This document shows, in pieces, positions 27,101 to 39,400 of a DNA stretch of 64,000 nt. The DNA is from Botryllus schlosseri (lineage: Eukaryota): positions 24,864,001 to 24,928,000 of the forward strand of contig CM119372.1 of assembly GCA_051294905.1 (NCBI GenBank). Direction: 5' to 3'. Below the pieces are notes generated by a model that worked only from the letters and a program-made list of their open reading frames with translations, ran no database searches and had not been told where the DNA came from. Position numbers and translations under genes: made by a program. The stretch's first letter is position 1. Each line of letters starts with the position of its first letter.

Positions 27101-27907
27101 GCTGCGATACCACCGTTGCAAGTTATGCCGCCCAGCCTGAGCAGTGTCGTGGAACTTATAAACGCAATCAGTGGCATTGTGCGCGTCACAGTCGAGTGAG
27201 TATCCTTAAATTTGCGTAAGACATTCATATAAACCAGTGGTCATTTAACATTTGAACAAATGCTTAGTTGACCGAATGAAATTCGTGCTTTGAAACAGAA
27301 CTAAGCAAACAACGGCAAGAATCGCTTCAAGATGAACTAAATACTAAATATTCTAAACTAAGATTGAACAGAATTGCCTTGTACAAATTTCAATAGAACC
27401 ACGCATAACAAGTGTAATATCAGCAATACATCGGCAATTTTTTTCATTAAATTAAAGCTCAATTCCATACTTTTGTTCTGAATGGATTTTGATTTTTGAA
27501 AGTTCACTGGTACTCGAACTGAAAAGATCAGGATCCACTGCGCTAGATGATACCGCTTGCTGCAATATGCTTCTTACACCTACAGTCCAGTTCAACTCAT
27601 TTGTGACGACCTGTTATGAACAAAATGCAGCACATCTTCAAGGAATTACCTTTTTGTAGTGCAGTAATATTATTATGCTTCATGTTGATGCATGTCAGCT
27701 ATGTTACGACACTTGTGACTTCGGCATTTTTAAGCTGCCTAGATTTGCCTGACACATACATTATTTTATTTTCGTAACAGCACAACCGCCAAACCCGCCG
27801 AGAATCAGAATGAAAAATCAGTGGAATCCGAACAAACAGCAGTGGACAACGTAACCACAGCAGAAGTGCCTAGTTTGAAAGAATGTAAACCAGTTTCAAG
27901 CAAATGA
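6169..27907 (+). CDS. CLUH: Clustered mitochondria protein homolog (clueless/CLUH), at least 26 coding exons; start exon unresolved
   Basis: In-frame GT-AG exons: 6169-6316, 7525-7681, 8893-9064, 10468-10614, 11467-11756, 12049-12203, 13964-14132, 14631-14735, 15118-15213, 15274-15401, 15760-15947, 17655-17861, 18618-18801, 19142-19218, 19283-19399, 19838-20037, 20112-20255, 20916-21079, 21794-22007, 22166-22319, 22711-22899, 23371-23528, 25760-25878, 25972-26149, 27071-27195, 27781-27907 (TGA). Diagnostic motifs: [89 protein letters not shown], then TPR repeats. Confidence 0.96.
12593..13649 (+). mobile_element. Non-autonomous PIF/Harbinger-like element in a CLUH intron
   Basis: Perfect 40-bp TIR AGGCTTCTCTACACGGCAAGTCGCTGGACCAAACCAAACC. 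The interior at 12761 reads [19 protein letters not shown], a MADF/Myb-SANT-like start. Contains a nested hAT end (about 12920-13237). Confidence 0.75.
13238..13430. repeat. Degenerate (TATAC)n microsatellite
   Basis: Tandem TACTA/TATAC units begin immediately after the hAT terminus GGTTGAAGAGCACTG. Confidence 0.85.
16653..17182 (+). mobile_element. hAT-type MITE, family A
   Basis: TIR C(G/A)GGGTTGTAA...TTACAACCCTG, exact 8-bp TSD GTCTATTG, dense GACTCGAGTC subterminal repeats. Confidence 0.9.
17895..18538. mobile_element. hAT (Charlie/Buster-type) MITE in a CLUH intron
   Basis: TIR CAGTGGTTCTC...GAGAACCACTG, TSD TCCTAGTG/TCCTAGCG. Confidence 0.8.
23635..24409. mobile_element. hAT MITE remnants in a long CLUH intron
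   Basis: Begins CAGCAGTTCTCAACCTTTT. A hAT-like end GCCCACCCCTG lies near 24409. The ends may belong to different elements and no clean TSD was seen. Confidence 0.45.
26192..26682 (+). mobile_element. hAT-type MITE, family A
   Basis: TIR CAGGGTTGTAA...TTACAACCCTG, exact 8-bp TSD GTTCCTGT, collinear with 16653-17182. Confidence 0.92.
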
Positions 27908-28714
27908 TGTCAAAGTATAAAATAGCCAAACGAGCACTGTACGTAGTTTGCTCCGACTAGCAGATGAGTGTCTTTCCACGGCGGAGAAATTATAAATAAC
28001 AATGTTGTGAACATGAAGAGCATGAGAGCGATATGTTACCAGAATTGATTTTTAATCGCTGTTTCTCTCTACACCAATCAATTGCAGGTAGTTTAAGTTT
28101 GTTTTCGCTTTGTGTTGGAAGGGAAATTGCCGAATTCTCTCTGTGTCTGGCTACGCGTAGCATCGCATGTTTGATTTTCAAGCTCCTTGAAAAGTCTGTT
28201 GAAACTAATGGAATGTTTGTGTGATTACTGTTGCATTGTCTTTTAGTTGGTTCTCGGGAACACTCCATTGCTATGCATTGTGTAGAACAATATGGTATAG
28301 AAGAAGCGTAGCTTACATGTTGTTGAATTTTATGGTATTCAAAACCATTGCTCGAACTTTCATAAATTCAATAATGCACTACTACGCCAAATATACTTGT
28401 GATAGATGGTAGTGCCCCGACGCGTCTCCTTTGGCGCATACATCTGCTCATATACGCCAATATTGCCGTAGACATTTTGGTTCGTTAATTCCATCGCAAC
28501 AGTTTGTTGTCGTGCATACCCGAGTTCAATTCAAATTTGATTCCTTTCATTGCTTGCCGAATTGAAAGTGCCAGGCTTTGATTAACTCATTTCACCGATT
28601 ACTGCGAATTCGGACTACGGAATCCCCTTTTTTGTAGCTGTCATTTTTGTGTGTCATCAAATTACTTGCAATTGTAATTTGTTCTATAATAATCAAACGT
28701 GTTTGGTGTGCGAA

Positions 28715-28720
28715 AATAAA
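28715..28720 (+). terminator. Candidate CLUH polyadenylation signal
   Basis: AATAAA about 800 nt after the CLUH stop, followed by T/GT-rich sequence. Confidence 0.4.
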
Positions 28721-30065
28721 CTATTTGAAAATCGTTTGTTTATCCAATCATCATGAAGTCTTGGGAATGTCGTTTTCCAAGGATGGGGTATCTAGTCTTC
28801 TAACAGTCGCAGTGGGTATCTACGAGCAGATCAATATTTATAAACCAGTGAAGAGGCACTATGTCAGATGGTGTGCAGCTAGATGTGCGTAATTCTCGGT
28901 GAAGAGTCTGGCTTGTGACTAGTGCGCCGTGTTACCTACAGGGACGAGACTATTTAGCTGCAGAACGGATCGGATCGTCTTCGTGGACCCCTTCACCTTT
29001 TGGCTCAAATAGAGCTCAGTTATCGTCATATGTCTTCCGCAAATATTTACTGTAAGCTAGTGATAAACAGCATCATAATGAAACTTCCTGAAAATAACAT
29101 TATACCATTTATGTATATATTGGGTAGACTTTTAATATTTCAGAATGAATCCTGAAATTGCATTTCATTAAATATGTGTTCGTGCCTTCGATTTGATACG
29201 AAGAATCGAGTTCCTTGAATCCATTTAAACCACCAAGATATGTGGTGGTGAATGTCATAATAACGCTTCCGACGACACGTTTGGCCATGATCGCAACACA
29301 TGTCCCCTAAATCAAGAAATATATATATTTTTTAAATGAAAATATAACGCCCAGCGGCCATGTTGATCTAGCTCAGCGGTGGGCAATTATTTTTCTCGGT
29401 GGGCCGAGTCAAAATGTTAAGCTGTATTCTCCAGCGTATTAATTTAATTCTAAACTGTAATTAGTGAATTACATTGTTGATAAATTCTACTCAAATAGAT
29501 GTGTTGATAATAGATGACGAAAAAATGACGGTTAATTAACAACTACAAAAAACATTTATTTTTTGTCATATTTCGAAACAACGTTAAACGTGATACATTC
29601 TGAATTCTCTTTAATCCAGGTTTTTATAGTAAGACATTAAAGGTAGGCCTATTTGGGATACTCAAGCTTATTGCCTTGATCGCTGCCTTCCGAACAGTTG
29701 CGGCTTGGTGAACGGATTCGGGGAACGTGAGGCGGTAGGTACTTTTGGTCAAGGTTTCCTCGCCATCGAGTTTGACTTTTCGACTTTTTTAACGTCATTC
29801 TTGGTGTGTCGTGACGCGGTGACGGCCGACGCCAAAATGCTGATCCCTATAAATTGTGCGTTTTTTCGGGGAGAGAGGGTATAACCATGGATAGATATCT
29901 CATAGTAAAAACGATTACTGATTGGCTTGGTTTGCGAAATAGGTATTTTGAAACGTGTAGCCTATCACGGAACAATTTGAAGCACAGACCGTGTAATGCG
30001 TAATGTGACAATGGCAACAAAGAAGGTTTGAAATAAACTATATGGAAATAGTGACTTATTGTGAG

Positions 30066-31486
30066 CAGCACCGTAACTGCCGAACCCCAAACCCCCCAAT
30101 TGGGGGGGGGGGCGAGCTCGATGGGGGGCCCAGAATTATTTCCTGAATTAGCATAATCATAGAGTATTTTTTGAAAATTTATGCAATTTTTTCAAAATTT
30201 TTTCGCGCTGCGCGCAAATTCACGTAGCCGTTTATCTTTCTTATTGGGTATTGGGCCATTACCGCGCCACGACCCACCAAGACATACAATCAAGTTTAAG
30301 GCCATATAACATGCGACTCCAAGAAGTGTGCCAGAACGATTGAAGATTGAAGATTGAAGAAATACCAATTTGAAATCGTGTGCTTCTCTTAGTTTAGAAG
30401 CCTACGTTTGGGCGGTTCTATATTTTTTGATATAGCAGACTGGAAGTCACGAAATAACATCATGTAACGAAGTCATATCAACGATTCCGCCCGCCCGAAG
30501 ATGTTTAATCATTATTTACGGGCCCTCCCGTTTTCAAGACACTTCACCCAGCTCTACCGGTAAATCTAATTACGTGAGTAGAGAGGACAATAAATTGATG
30601 GCATATTATATATGCAGTCGCCGATCTGATTTACCGATTTTAATTATCATAAATTATCGAAAATTTTCGCGCTTCGCGCTGGCTCTCAGTACAGTACGGG
30701 TAATTTCGTGACAAACGCGAACAACGTGATGGGGGGGGCGTTTTATCACCCTATGGGAGCCCAAGACCCACGTTTTTGGGGGCCTGACGAGGTGCTGTTT
30801 CGTTCCTGCCAACGGGTAGACGCCCGAAGATGTTTAATTATTATTGAGTGGTCCTACCTTTTCAAACACACCTCACTCAGCTCTACCAGCAAATCTGATT
30901 ACGTGAGTAGAGAGGACAATATATTGATAGCATATTATATATGCGGTCGCCGATCTGATTAAGCGATTTTATCATAAATTATCGAAAATTTTCGCGCTTC
31001 GCCCTGGCTCACAATACAGTGCGGGTAATTTCGTGACAAACGCGAACAATAACGTGATGGGGGGGGGTCGTTTTATCACCCTATGGGATCCCAAGACCCA
31101 CGTTTTTGGGGGCCTGACGAGATGCTGTTTTGTTCCTGCCAACGGGTATACGCCCGAAGATGTTTAATTATTATTGAGTGGTCCTACCTTTTCAAACACA
31201 CCTCACTCAGCTCTACCGGCAAATCTGATTACGTAAGCAGAGAGAAGATAAAAATTGATAACAATGTATGCAATTCCCGATCATACTGACCGATGAAATC
31301 ATGAATACTAGAAATTTTGCGCGCTTCGCGCGCTTAGGCGACAAAAGCTGTTTCACTAAAGAAAATCCCAAATGAATATGATGTATCGCCGGAGGGGGGT
31401 CTGGGGGGCTCGTTCGGTCTATAACACTATGGGAGGCCCAAGACCAAAGTTTTGGGGGGGGCTGACGAAGTGCTGTTACGGCCCTG
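30066..31486 (+). mobile_element. Non-autonomous 8-bp-TSD DNA element (family C) with an internal ~330-bp unit repeated about three times
   Basis: Ends CAGCACCGTAACTGC...GCTGTTACGGCCCTG, exact TSD ATTGTGAG. Units containing CAGCTCTACCGGTAAATC recur near 30490, 30820 and 31150. Confidence 0.88.
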
Positions 31487-31689
31487 ATTGTGAGTCTAAT
31501 TGGTTCGACATACTTTGCTACATTGACTTAATTTTGAATCAGGATTACGCATGCGAACTTGCGAGGGACGTCGGCATTTTAATGTTTGTTTGTTTTGGGG
31601 GGTATTCATGGTGTTTGTCGACTACTATGGTCATTTACACCAGGCCGATATTCTTCTTATTTTCCGTAACTGCCGACTTATAGCACGGC

Positions 31690-31859
31690 CCACCTCTAGG
31701 CTTTTTGTAAGACACCGCTGACGCGGATGAGGTGGCGAGGAGGAGCCTAGGTAAACCTCCAACACTTAGGTGTCGGAATTCGGAAGTCGACCTCGGTCGG
31801 ACTCGAACCCGCACCCATTGGTGTTGCAGCCGTGGATTATACCACTGCGCTATCTCGCC
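31690..31859 (-). mobile_element. tRNA-derived SINE (Cys-like head)
   Basis: The minus strand reads GGCGAGATAGCGCAGTGG (A box), CTGCAAC, then GGTTCGAGTCC (B box). The body AGGAGCCTAGGTAAACCTCC is shared with 43230-43375. Confidence 0.8.
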
Positions 31860-32159
31860 ACACTGAACAGGCTTCAAAGTAAACTAATTTGCGTTCCGGC
31901 TCAGTTTATACAGCTTATGGTTTTGTTCCACGCAGCAATATTCGAAAGTAGGTTATATTTTTGAATTTCAAGAAACTGACACGAGGACCGCATAGAATAT
32001 AGCTCCGCATTTGGCCCGCGGGCCGCACTTGGCCCAGGTCTGCTAGCAGCTCATCTTGAATTTATTATGGAATAGTGGTTATCTATATCACAGGAGAAAA
32101 CATTTCGAAGTCATCGTGATTGACCTTACCTTTTCCGACTCGACTCTAAAAATATACAC

Positions 32160-32534
32160 CAGTGGTTCCCAACGTGGGCGGTATCGCCCCCCAGGGGGCG
32201 ATTAGGCGGCCTAGGGGGGCGAAAATGACGAAAGGGGCGATAGGGGGGCGAAAATGGACAAAGGGGGCGACAGGGGGCGAAAATAGCGAAGGGGGCGATG
32301 ACGCGTTAAAACGGCTATATTGGAGTCAAGTAGGAAAAATGACCTTTTTTTTCTAGTCGACCCACGGAAATTTCGAAAATTCGACAATGAACTGTAAAGT
32401 TGACCTTTTTTTTAGTCAACCCGCCGATGGTTACAGTTTGTATACCGATTTTTCGGTTCACAAAATCTGGGGGGCGATGATCGGCGTCGAGCTTGAAAAG
32501 GGGGCGATGAGTCGAAAAAGGTTGGGAACCACTG
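32160..32534. mobile_element. hAT MITE with GGGGGCGA subterminal repeats
   Basis: TIR CAGTGGTTCCCAAC...GTTGGGAACCACTG, TSD ATATACAC/ATTTACAC. A diverged copy lies at about 45368-45738. Confidence 0.88.
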
Positions 32535-32701
32535 ATTTACACAATTCATATTAAAATGAACCCGAACATTTTCCGCTGACACTTGTCAGGGGTAGCCTAA
32601 TCGTCAGCAACTAGTAGAGAATTGGAAATTTCTTCTCGAACGGTCATTCTGTTGATGGGAGTCCCGGAGTTTTACCAGTAATGAGGCGAAGCTGCCCTGT
32701 G

Positions 32702-35285
32702 CAGACATGGGGTAATCGCGATTAGTATTCGTAATCGATTACGACGATTACAGCACTTTGAAGTAATCGTAATCGCAATCGATTACATTCCGAAAAATAC
32801 CGAAGTAATCGTAATCGACTACTCCCCATATCTAATCGATTTCTTTGTCAAAGAACGATTACTTTTCATTTGAAAAAGGACTATTGTAAGATCCGTTCCA
32901 GCAGGGTGCCAGTAATCTTCCCGTGCAACCCTCTCCTAACCTCATTTCCCACGACCTTAATCTCGTATCGATAAAGTATAGTCTGCGAAGCACGTGCTTT
33001 GAGAGATCGCTACTTCGCCAGTGTATTATAGCGCCGTAGCGGGCGTGCTCGCTTAAGTCACAGAGTCGTATACAGGCAATTAGATACATCTAACTTTGTT
33101 CTTTCTATATTCGGTAATATATTGCAGTATGTTTTGAACCTGGTAAATCTACAAGTTTCTGACCACTAATTACTACTATTTGGCTGTTCTGTGCTAGTAA
33201 AGAAAGCTCCTTGGATCTGCGTGTGTGATCAGGATTGCAAGAGTATACTCAGAGCGGTCATTAGTCAGTGACTAGTGCGTACAACAGGAACTGTAAGCTG
33301 TAGCGTCGACTCCAATCAAGCACTATACCAGCGTGTCTTGCAACAAGCCGTTGCAGCGACCGCTACAACTATAACATGAACTGAACATACGTGAACAAGG
33401 AAGAGGTATTATACCATGTTAGTGATGGCACAAACGTCTGATTTTCAAACACCACTGCTAATTATTACGTCAGAAGTATTAGCTATGCTCAGCAATGTGT
33501 AAGTAGTATATCTTCACATAGTAAATATATATTCAATGCACACTGTTGTTGTGACTGTAAGAGCACCCACCGTGCTGAATATCAGGTTATCAATACACTC
33601 CAGACGCCACCACCTCACAGCAGGATAATAATCACCACTCTGCCTAGTTTAAAATAGTAACTTATGCATTAATGTTTGGCTATGCTAAGGTAAACGCAGT
33701 TTGACTGTTACTTCTTGGCGAACACAAGGCTTAGGCCCACCCTTTGAGAACCCCTGGCTTAGGGCGAAGATTTGAAATTTTGAAACAAAACATTACGGTT
33801 TCTAAAGAGCTTCTTGGAGGTACAGAAGTTCAATATAGAATTGCATAGTATATTCATATTGAAATGAAACCGAATGTTTTCGGCTGACACTCGATCGTCA
33901 GGGTTAATCATCAGAAACTATAACGGAAAAGAACATCGTATATCACCAATCGTATTACGGTATCTACAACGAAACATTAAAAATAAACAGCCGCTGATAT
34001 ATATTATAACCTAGCCGTTCTTTGCCGTTTCTCCTAACGGCAGCTTACAGCATCTGTATTAAGTTTAAGGCAGAATTTTATGTGATCTTTATCTGCTCTG
34101 TTTACTTGAAACGGGCGCCAATCGCTACTTCGCAATTTGGACCTTCCGCTTATATACCACGTTAGCGTGGGTTGTAGTTGTATCTAGAATCAGAACCAAA
34201 ACAGCAATTCGTCCACCACTCTAAATGTTGGTTTTGGGCCCCATGGGTAGTCAGTTAGTCAATTGCTTTATTTTACTATTCATTTTTAATCCTCTCTCTG
34301 CTCCCGATGTTCAGATTTACCTGTAGAGCTGGGGACACGTAATTCATAATTATAATATCGTGTATGTTATCATAATTACTCTTTTGCATGTTGCTGATTC
34401 GTGACCTACGGTCTAATCAAGAGGTGTTGTAGTCGCCCAAACGTAGCAGACTAAAACTTTCGTGAGACGCACATACAAATTGTCATGTCTCATGTCTTCG
34501 GTGGGTGCCCCGGGTGGCATTTGCATTGGGTGCTTACATTGGAAGAACAGGACTATTAGTCAAGCCCACCAAGTCCGGCTATTGACAATGGACAGTGGAC
34601 ACATACCCTAAGTTTCGGCAACGGTCTTTCTTTAGTAGCGCACTTCGTGCAGTCGAATGTTGGCCGAAACTACATAAGTCATTAGGTGTGTCGTGGCGAG
34701 GTAATGACCGGCACCGAAATGCGTATTCATATAAATTGTGCATGCTTTTTTCCTGAGATGGCGAGGTACGCATTTCAAAATCAGGCTATCTAGAGACATT
34801 TAAATCGCGAAACTTCAAGAAAATTTTCAAGTTAATTAAATCTCCAGAAATTTTATATTGGTCCACGAAATACTTTTGAGTACCCTTCGAGCTCGCTCGC
34901 CACCCTATCGGGGAGTTTGGGGTGAGGCAGTTACGAACCTGGCAAGAATGCAAATCGTCGGCCGCGTTAAATCGTCCCCTATAAAGTAGGGCAATGTGGA
35001 CATTATGACGTAACACGCGAACGACGCATCATTTATAAAGAAAGTTGTTATCTCGTTAGGCCTTTTCATCGCAATCTTTATATTGTCTTCCAATATATAT
35101 CATCTAAGAAGCAAAATAAATGTAATCGTGAGTAATCGTGATTACTTTTCCAATGTAATCGTAGGCTAATCGTAATCGACTACTTCCTGATTTTGCTGTA
35201 ATCGTAATCGTAATCGTAATCGCGTGATTCAGAAGTAATCGTAATCGCAATCGATTACATTCATGAAGTAATCACCCCATGTCTG
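32702..35285 (+). mobile_element. 2.6-kb composite non-autonomous hAT-type element (family B, GTAATC-rich ends)
   Basis: TIR CAGACATGGGGT...ACCCCATGTCTG, exact TSD GCCCTGTG, GTAATC/GATTAC arrays at both ends, internal family-C-like segment. Confidence 0.9.
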
Positions 35286-36453
35286 GCCCTGTGATTTGAA
35301 TTCTCCCTTGGTTGACTAAAAAATGGTCAACATTCTGGCTCAACTTCCGAAATACCCGTCGGAACATTACATTGAGTATTGATTTCTTATAGATCTCGGT
35401 TGAATTTGAGCGTACATTTAATCAAAATTTTTAAAAAAAGAAGACTAATTCTCGAAAAGGGGACATTTGGGTGGACATTTTGTGAGTATCAATCAAAGAC
35501 GACGCTTTCAAATATGTCAAAGAGGACAAATCCTCTTAAAACAGGACGTATGGTAAACCTAAGCAATTGTGTCAGTAGGCTATTGGCATTTTATTAATTA
35601 AAATGAGTTTGCACAGTGGATTATTTGAATGACATTGGCTATAGTTTCTGAGGCTATTCGTCCGGCACGTGCGTAGCTGTTCATGAGCATGAGCATGCGA
35701 CACAATGAAAATCAACAGATCAGCATGCGTCACTTTAGCGTGTGGCTCTACAACCCCAAAACCTGCCCTAACCTCGGGTTACCATATCTTGGAAATCTGA
35801 ATTCAAAATTTTCAGTCTTGCCGGAGGAAAATCCTGAAATAATAATAAATTTTTTGCACTTCGTGGTCGGTTGACTAAAATAACGTAAACTTTCTGGCTC
35901 AGCTCCCAAAGTACATTTTTCTCCACATTACCAGTTGGTTGACTAAAACAAGGTCAAATTTCCGGCTTATCTCCCGAAATAGCAGCCGGAGCGTTACTTC
36001 AGTGTTGCTTTACTGGATTTATCAACCATTTTGTGAATTTTCGTGGACTTTGCTGGCGAAATAGATCAAGCGTGAAATTAATCCGCTATTATGACGTCAT
36101 TCGAGGCAAAATTAATTTGCACTCATCGCTTGCAAAATTCCTTTGTCGGCGTTGTCGCGACTCGCGCTCATACAATGTTCATTTTCCAGTAAAGTTTTAA
36201 GAGGACGCATGCAAAACCGTTAGTTTCTAAATAACCATTGCTGAAGTAATTTTGCGTAAATGACGAGACATGACGCAGGCCGCTACCTGAGATCGAAAGC
36301 AAACTTTTCCTGACAATGTTATTACGGTATACCGGCACGTAAACAGTATCGCTTTTCAACTCGGTATTGCGGCGTCTCTAATTTGACTGTGAATAACCAT
36401 TTCGTTTAAATATAAGACCAGTTCTTCTGCCGTCTTTAAATAAGGGATCAGGA

Positions 36454-39400
36454 ATGTCCAAAAAAACACTGACCTCTTCCAGTGGACGACTACAGGAAGT
36501 ATACTCTGCTTCTACTGCAACAGTGGCAGTCAGCGATGCTTCCATCTTTACTTCCGATGCATCGAATAGTCTGATGCCTTCGGAATCATGTTCGGATGGC
36601 GTCAGTATCAGTCAAGTTACATTGCCATCAACTCAATATCAAAAGAAGAGAAATGGATTGATGAGTAAATTTCTTGGGATTTTCAAAAGAAAAAGAAAAG
36701 ACAGGAATTATCAACCGCAAACACAGCATGAAAGTTGGAAAAATCTTCATCCAGATAGAGTCCGTAAATCAAATGCTTTTTCATACGAAGAAAACCAGTC
36801 TGGGCGACAATCTGAGCAATTCTATGACGATCAAGTTGAGTCAGACTCCTCCCTTCCAGAGTTAGTTGAAGATGATGAAAGATTCAACCAACATTCGTAC
36901 AAGGCAAGTATCGGTATAGTTTTTTGGGCAGTTCTTAGAAAGGAAGCTAGGGTGTATTTTTGTCTGCACCATTGATGATACCCTCTTGATGGGTACACGA
37001 CTAGATACGTTTGGTTATCGAATCAGCAAAGCCTAAGCGTCTGATGGGGAAGTCGTGGATACCAGTCCTACTGGTAAATAATTCGTATGACGCAGTCAGC
37101 GTTGACCTACGGTATAATCGAGAATCTTACACTTTACCCTTGCTCTCTATACTGTCTGTAAAGTTTAAGATCTCCCATATTGACAGTTCCTATACAAAGA
37201 TCTCAAATACCGGTAATATGATAAAGAGTCACCATGTAGGGTCAGACATACTCAAGTAGACGTAGAAATAACATATATTTCTCAGCATAAGTAGTGATTT
37301 CCTGGTCGTCTTAGCATAAAATTAGGCCAAGTATTCTAGGCCTATTTTACTAGAAAACTGAAATAGAAGTGGAAGTAGGTGTACATTCAACAGTGCTCTT
37401 CAGCCTTTTTTGGAATGGTGCTCCCTGTAAAGTTGCAACTCTGACTCTAGCACCCTTTTCAGCGTTAAAGCCGTTACTTTCAGTGCCATGGTTCTCATGC
37501 ATTGCTGTGAAGCCATTCTTACTGGTGGACCCCCTGCAGGTTTCCATGAATCCTGGTGGTGTGCACCGCTCTAAAATCATACTTGAGTACTTTGAAAAGT
37601 AGAAGTAGGCTACTTAGTTACTGACCAGCTCTGTGTCGGCTTGGGATTTTCATGCACCATTCAATGATTATTCTTTTTACTCAAATATTGTTATGATTCT
37701 TTTCAGGAATCGAGTGTTATTGATGATGATCCGGTGGACAGCTCACACACAATCATCCCTTCGAATATGTAAGTTATTTCACTGAATGTTGATGTTGTTT
37801 CCATCTATTATGTAACAATCTTCTGACTAACATCACTGCTCTGTATTATTCATCAACATATTACACATTTTGAAAATATATTGCCGCACTGAATAGGCCA
37901 GGGATCTCACACATATGTCGTACAAGTCAGATCGGCCTGCCAGGCAATTTCATCCAGGCCGCGATTCAGTGCCAAGGGATTGAAAAATATATCATTAATT
38001 AAGTGACAGCAAATGTCACACATGTTCATACCTCACATTATGTATGTTTCGTCTGTGACTCAACAGTCAACAGTTCAGTTCAGTGAACACCAACTTCAGA
38101 GAAGGGAAAGACCTGCACACTGATTGCTGAGTTTTCAGGGACAAAATGGAACGAAAGTTATTATTCGCAGAGGCTAAATTGTTGTATGCAAGTTACAGTG
38201 CCCTAATAATGTTGCATGCAGCATATATTAACTACTGACTAATAGTCAATAGGTCCCAACATTCCAAAGCCATTTGGTCTATTACTATCCATCATTCAGT
38301 GTGCATGCCTCTTATTTACTTCGCCTAGGCTAAGGTAGGTGTCTGATCTTAAAGGCTACTCCAAGTTGTTTCGACACCTTCCTATCTTTTCATTGTATCG
38401 CAGTCTTGTTTTGTTTTGAAACGATAAAAATGTTAATGAACCTGATTGATTGATGTGCGTTTTAAAGTTGAGTTAATTCAATTTATTATTAACAATTTCA
38501 TCATTCCAATACCGTACTCTACGAGACTGCGATACAATGAAAAGATAGGCAGGTGTCGAAACGACATGGAGTAGTCTATAAAATAAGACACCCACCTAGC
38601 GTAGGCGATATAAAAAGGAGGCATTCGCACGAAATGAAAAGTAAAAGAAGATAGTATAAAAGGACAGGCGACAAAAAGAGGTGGCATGTGTCGGAAGGCG
38701 AGATCGATATGCCAGGTGGTGGTCCGGTAAACCTGAGGTCTAACTAGTAAAAATACTTTCTACATATCTCCTTGTTTTTTCAGCGGAGTGAGTTACCGTA
38801 TTCAGTTGGTGATTCCAAAACTCTTTCCGTGATCCAAAATGGTATTCGTGGAAACCCGTATGGTGTAAATGCTGTGCGTGTGTGTCAGTCACCGCTTGAG
38901 AGATCTTCTATTCCTATACCGTATCGCCTTGTAGTTGTAAACTGTAGCCTATTATTATTACATGCCCATGGTTTGCAATCCTTTTCAATACATATTCATT
39001 TTCAGAGAATCTGAAAACACATCATTTGTACAACCAAGGGAATTGGGCGCAAAGGAGTCCAAACCAGCTGGCTCAAACTTTCAGACTCACATGCTAAACG
39101 TGCAAGTTACTTACAACGGTTATGGTCTCAGTCCGGCACAGAAAAAATGGCTTGGCCAACAAGTGACGGGTCTAGTGAATATTCTACTCGACAAGCAGAG
39201 TGTGCCAAAGGTTTGGGATAGTTTTTATATGCAACTGTTACAATGTAAGAACAAACAGGCAGGACTATTGAATATACAACATATATATTTGATCACAAAA
39301 CACGAACACACGATCTGAGAAGAATGTATATATACAATGCATTTACCGTGGCTGGGCCCCATCTCTTCCCGTTTTGAAAATCAATTGATTTCTGCTGTAA

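Noticed and set aside
30708..31289. Duplicated small ORFs (MGAQDPRFWGPDE...)
   Set aside because: They come from the tandem unit inside a non-autonomous element and have no splice or homology support.
31785..31859. tRNA-Cys gene on the minus strand
   Set aside because: A and B boxes and a GCA loop are present, but the acceptor and anticodon stems do not pair and the body is shared with another dispersed copy. It is a SINE head.
29374..32042. Single intact outer hAT element
   Set aside because: Both ends look Charlie-like, but the TIRs match poorly and the flanks share only CTAGC, so I did not list it as a feature.
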